A DNA stretch of 64,000 nt from positions 11,036-75,035 of the forward strand of contig JAEUOT010000070.1 of NCBI GenBank assembly GCA_016790705.1, read 5' to 3'. The stretch's first letter is position 1. The number at the start of each line of letters is the position of its first letter. Source of the stretch: Hydrogenophaga sp. (GTDB taxonomy: Bacteria; Pseudomonadota; Gammaproteobacteria; Burkholderiales; Burkholderiaceae_C). Shown here piece by piece: positions 61,458 through 64,000 of this stretch. The position numbers and the translations under genes are program-made. Below the pieces are notes generated by a model that searched no databases, was not told the origin of the DNA, and saw nothing but the letters and a program-made list of their open reading frames with translations.

Positions 61458-62129
61458 ATGACCCTGCCTGTCAACTTTGACAACGTCGGTGTGGACGCCA
61501 TTCTGGCGGACTGGATGCGCGCCCTGCAGGACGTGGGCGTCGAGGCGGTGCTGGTGCTCGGGCCCAATCCGATGGGCGGGCGTGAGGAGCGCGAGGTGCT
61601 GGCGGTGCACCCGCCGCGCCTGCTCACGGCGGCCGAGGCGCTGGCCGCCAGCGACGACTTCGGGGCCGGGTGGCGCGACAGCGATGCACCGCTGGTGGCC
61701 TGGCAGGACATTTCCAAGTCGGCGTTTGCCGAAGGGGGCTCGCGCTGGCGACGGCTGTGGCTGGCGCACGGCTGTCAGACTCTTGTGCGGGTCGCCTTCA
61801 GTCTGCCCGCCGGCCGGGCGTTCGAGTGCTTCATGTTCAGCCCGCGGGCCTTCGCCGACCGGGCCGAGGCGGCCGCGCTGGCGTGGTCGGCTTTCAACAT
61901 CTGGCCCATGCTGCGGCGCGCACTGGCCGAACAGCGGGTGACGCTCAGTCCGCGCGAATTGGAGAGCCTGAGCTATGCCTTCGAGGGGCTGACCGCGCGC
62001 GAGTCGGCGGCCCGCATGGACTGCTCCGAACGGACGGTGAACTACCACCTGTCCAACGCGATGGCCAAGCTCAAGACGGACAACAAGCTCTCGGCGGTGC
62101 AGCGGGCCTGCTGGATCGGACTGATCTGA
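61458..62129 (+). CDS. LuxR-family regulator (solo) with degenerate autoinducer-binding domain
   Basis: C-terminal LSPRELE..GLT..SERTVNYHLSNAMAKL HTH; ~160-aa N-domain keeps PLVAW and G but lacks the W/Y/DP AHL residues. Confidence 0.85.
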   Translation: MTLPVNFDNVGVDAILADWMRALQDVGVEAVLVLGPNPMGGREEREVLAVHPPRLLTAAEALAASDDFGAGWRDSDAPLVAWQDISKSAFAEGGSRWRRLWLAHGCQTLVRVAFSLPAGRAFECFMFSPRAFADRAEAAALAWSAFNIWPMLRRALAEQRVTLSPRELESLSYAFEGLTARESAARMDCSERTVNYHLSNAMAKLKTDNKLSAVQRACWIGLI

Positions 62130-62197
62130 GGCGGGGCCAGGCATGAGGATGCTGCGTCGCCGCAAAACCAGCGTTGGCGCATGTTCATAATCCGGTC

Positions 62198-62962
62198 ATG
62201 ACTCTTCTGGCGCTGGATGTTGGCAATACGCGGTTGAAGTGGGCGCTGTACGAGGCGCCCCGTGTGGGTGGGCAGCCCCTGGCGCACGGTGCACAGTTTC
62301 TGGAGAACATCGAGAAGCTGGCCGAGGGGGACTGGAGTGCGCTGCCGACGCCATCCCACGTCCTGGGCTGCATCGTGGCCGGGGACCCGATCAGGCGCCG
62401 CGTGGAGGAACAGCTCGAGCAATGGGATGTGCCGCCGCAGTGGGTCGTGTCCAGCGCGGCCGAGGCAGGCCTGAGCAATGGCTACGACCATCCCGCCCGC
62501 CTGGGCTCCGACCGCTGGGTGGCGATGATTGGCGCGCGTCAGCGCCTGCTGCAGCAAGGGCCGGCGCGGCCCTGTGTGGTGGTGATGGTCGGGACCGCTG
62601 TGACCGTCGAAGCCATCGACACCGACGGCCGCTTCCTGGGGGGCATCATCCTGCCCGGCCACGGCATCATGCTGCGTGCGCTGGAGTCGGGGACCGCCGG
62701 CCTGCATGTTCCCACCGGCGAGGTGCGGGACTTTCCGACCAACACCAGCGACGCGCTCACCAGTGGCGGCACGTTTGCCATCGCCGGTGCGGTGCAGCGC
62801 ATGGTCGAGAACCTCCAGCGCCACTGCGGGCAGGTGCCCGTGGTGTTCATGACCGGTGGTGCCGGCTGGAAGATGGCGCCGAGCATGTCGACGCCCTGTG
62901 AACTGGTCGAGGGACTGATCTTCGACGGCCTGCTCGAAATCGCCAGCCGGCGTTTCGGCTGA
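62198..62962 (+). CDS. coaX: Type III pantothenate kinase
   Basis: [31 protein letters not shown]. Confidence 0.93.
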   Translation: MTLLALDVGNTRLKWALYEAPRVGGQPLAHGAQFLENIEKLAEGDWSALPTPSHVLGCIVAGDPIRRRVEEQLEQWDVPPQWVVSSAAEAGLSNGYDHPARLGSDRWVAMIGARQRLLQQGPARPCVVVMVGTAVTVEAIDTDGRFLGGIILPGHGIMLRALESGTAGLHVPTGEVRDFPTNTSDALTSGGTFAIAGAVQRMVENLQRHCGQVPVVFMTGGAGWKMAPSMSTPCELVEGLIFDGLLEIASRRFG

Positions 62963-62969
62963 GCGAGGC

Positions 62970-64000
62970 TTAGACGCCCTCGCCCCAGGGCAGCATCAGG
63001 GTCACTGCGAGCAGCCGGGAAAACTCCGGCTCGAACGCGTCGATGATCTGCTGCGGGTCCGGACACAGCGCGCTGTCGGCGATCACCCCGAACTGCACGC
63101 CGCCGCCGTAACTCAGGATCGACACCCCCAGGCCCACCGTGCCGGTCTGCGGCACCCAGAACATCGTCTGTTCCAGGGTGGCGCCGCAGAAGCGCATCTT
63201 TTCGGCCGGGCCGGGCACATTGGTCATCACGGCGGTGGTCTTGCGGCCGAACAGTCCCAGCATCGCATCCTGCGCCGGCTTGATCAGCAGGCCGGCCACC
63301 GACAGCAGGCCGAAGGTCAGCAAGGGCTGAAGACTGCCCTTGAGCGCGTTCATGCGGGCGCGCACGGCGTACACGCGCTCGATGGGATTGGCGATGCCGA
63401 CCGGCAGCACCAGGGGAATCAGCCCGAAGCGGTTGCCCAGCTTCCAGGCCTCTTCCAGCGGGCGCAGGTTGACCGGCACCATGGCGCGGATCTCCAGGCC
63501 CGCAGGATCTTCACCGCGGCGCAACAGGTAGGTGCCGATGGCGCCGGCCACACAACTGAGCAGCACATCGTTGACCGAGCAGTTCAGTCCCTTGCCGATG
63601 GCCTTGACGTCGGCCAGCGGAATCGGTTCGCACCAGGCGACGCGTTTCTCGCCGCGCGGCGCGCCCTTGAGCGAGGTCGGCGCATCGTCCGGCATCAGCG
63701 CCAACGCGGCCAGGTCACTGGCCAGTTGGCCACCCATGCGCGCCACCTCCATGGCCTGGACCAGCGAGTCGCCCAGGCCTTGCTGCGGCGACGCCAGCAT
63801 CGAGAGTGAGCGGGCGGCGCCTCCGCCGGCGGCATCCAGCGCGCGCGCCGCGATGTCGCCGAAGGGGCGGATCAGGGTGTCCGCCACCCAGGTCTCGGCC
63901 GCATCGAGGCCTTGCCGCCTGGCCCGTGCGGTGCGCTGGGGCGGCTCATTGCCGCCGTCGACCAGGCTCATCATCACGCTGATCAGCGCAATGCCGTCGG
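62970..64000 (-). CDS. Wax ester synthase/diacylglycerol acyltransferase (5' part outside window)
   Basis: ADGIALISVM (end of HHxxxDG) at the window edge, SVNDVLL, VPVNLR, GNRFG, TNVPGP, SILSY. Confidence 0.9.
   Translation of the reverse strand, partial: DGIALISVMMSLVDGGNEPPQRTARARRQGLDAAETWVADTLIRPFGDIAARALDAAGGGAARSLSMLASPQQGLGDSLVQAMEVARMGGQLASDLAALALMPDDAPTSLKGAPRGEKRVAWCEPIPLADVKAIGKGLNCSVNDVLLSCVAGAIGTYLLRRGEDPAGLEIRAMVPVNLRPLEEAWKLGNRFGLIPLVLPVGIANPIERVYAVRARMNALKGSLQPLLTFGLLSVAGLLIKPAQDAMLGLFGRKTTAVMTNVPGPAEKMRFCGATLEQTMFWVPQTGTVGLGVSILSYGGGVQFGVIADSALCPDPQQIIDAFEPEFSRLLAVTLMLPWGEGV

Noticed and set aside
60036-62165. 709-aa kinase ORF
   Set aside because: The extension is antisense to luxR; the RBS supports a start at 61370.

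Overview
High-GC betaproteobacterial chromosome segment; gene content and style suggest Burkholderiales, probably Comamonadaceae (inference). It holds about 57 CDS, mostly housekeeping or acyl-CoA related: a Crp/Fnr-linked acyl-CoA ligase plus Liv-type ABC cluster, htpG, ohr/ohrR, srkA, ybdK, nodIJ-like ABC, psd, purT, a MacAB-TolC-like pump, amn, gor, arginase, icmF, ppk2, coaX and WS/DGAT. I found no rRNA, tRNA, CRISPR array or transposase. The standout is two complete non-AHL cell-cell signalling cassettes about 36 kb apart, both using SAM plus a fatty-acyl substrate. (1) A Ralstonia-type phcBSRQ operon (3-hydroxy fatty acid methyl ester signal) at 16471-21359. (2) An alpha-hydroxyketone cassette (CqsA/LqsA synthase, LqsR-like regulator, LqsS/CqsS-like sensor) at 57814-61370, which also has a divergent LuxR solo with a degenerate ligand pocket and a lux-box-like site upstream of the synthase. 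This suggests a possibly undescribed LuxR-coupled AHK autoinduction circuit. The window also contains a ~75-bp REP-like structured repeat family with compensatory base changes, placed just after stop codons, and several operator palindromes (LiuR-, OhrR-, CsoR- and Crp-type). All assignments come from reading motifs by eye; no database searches were run.
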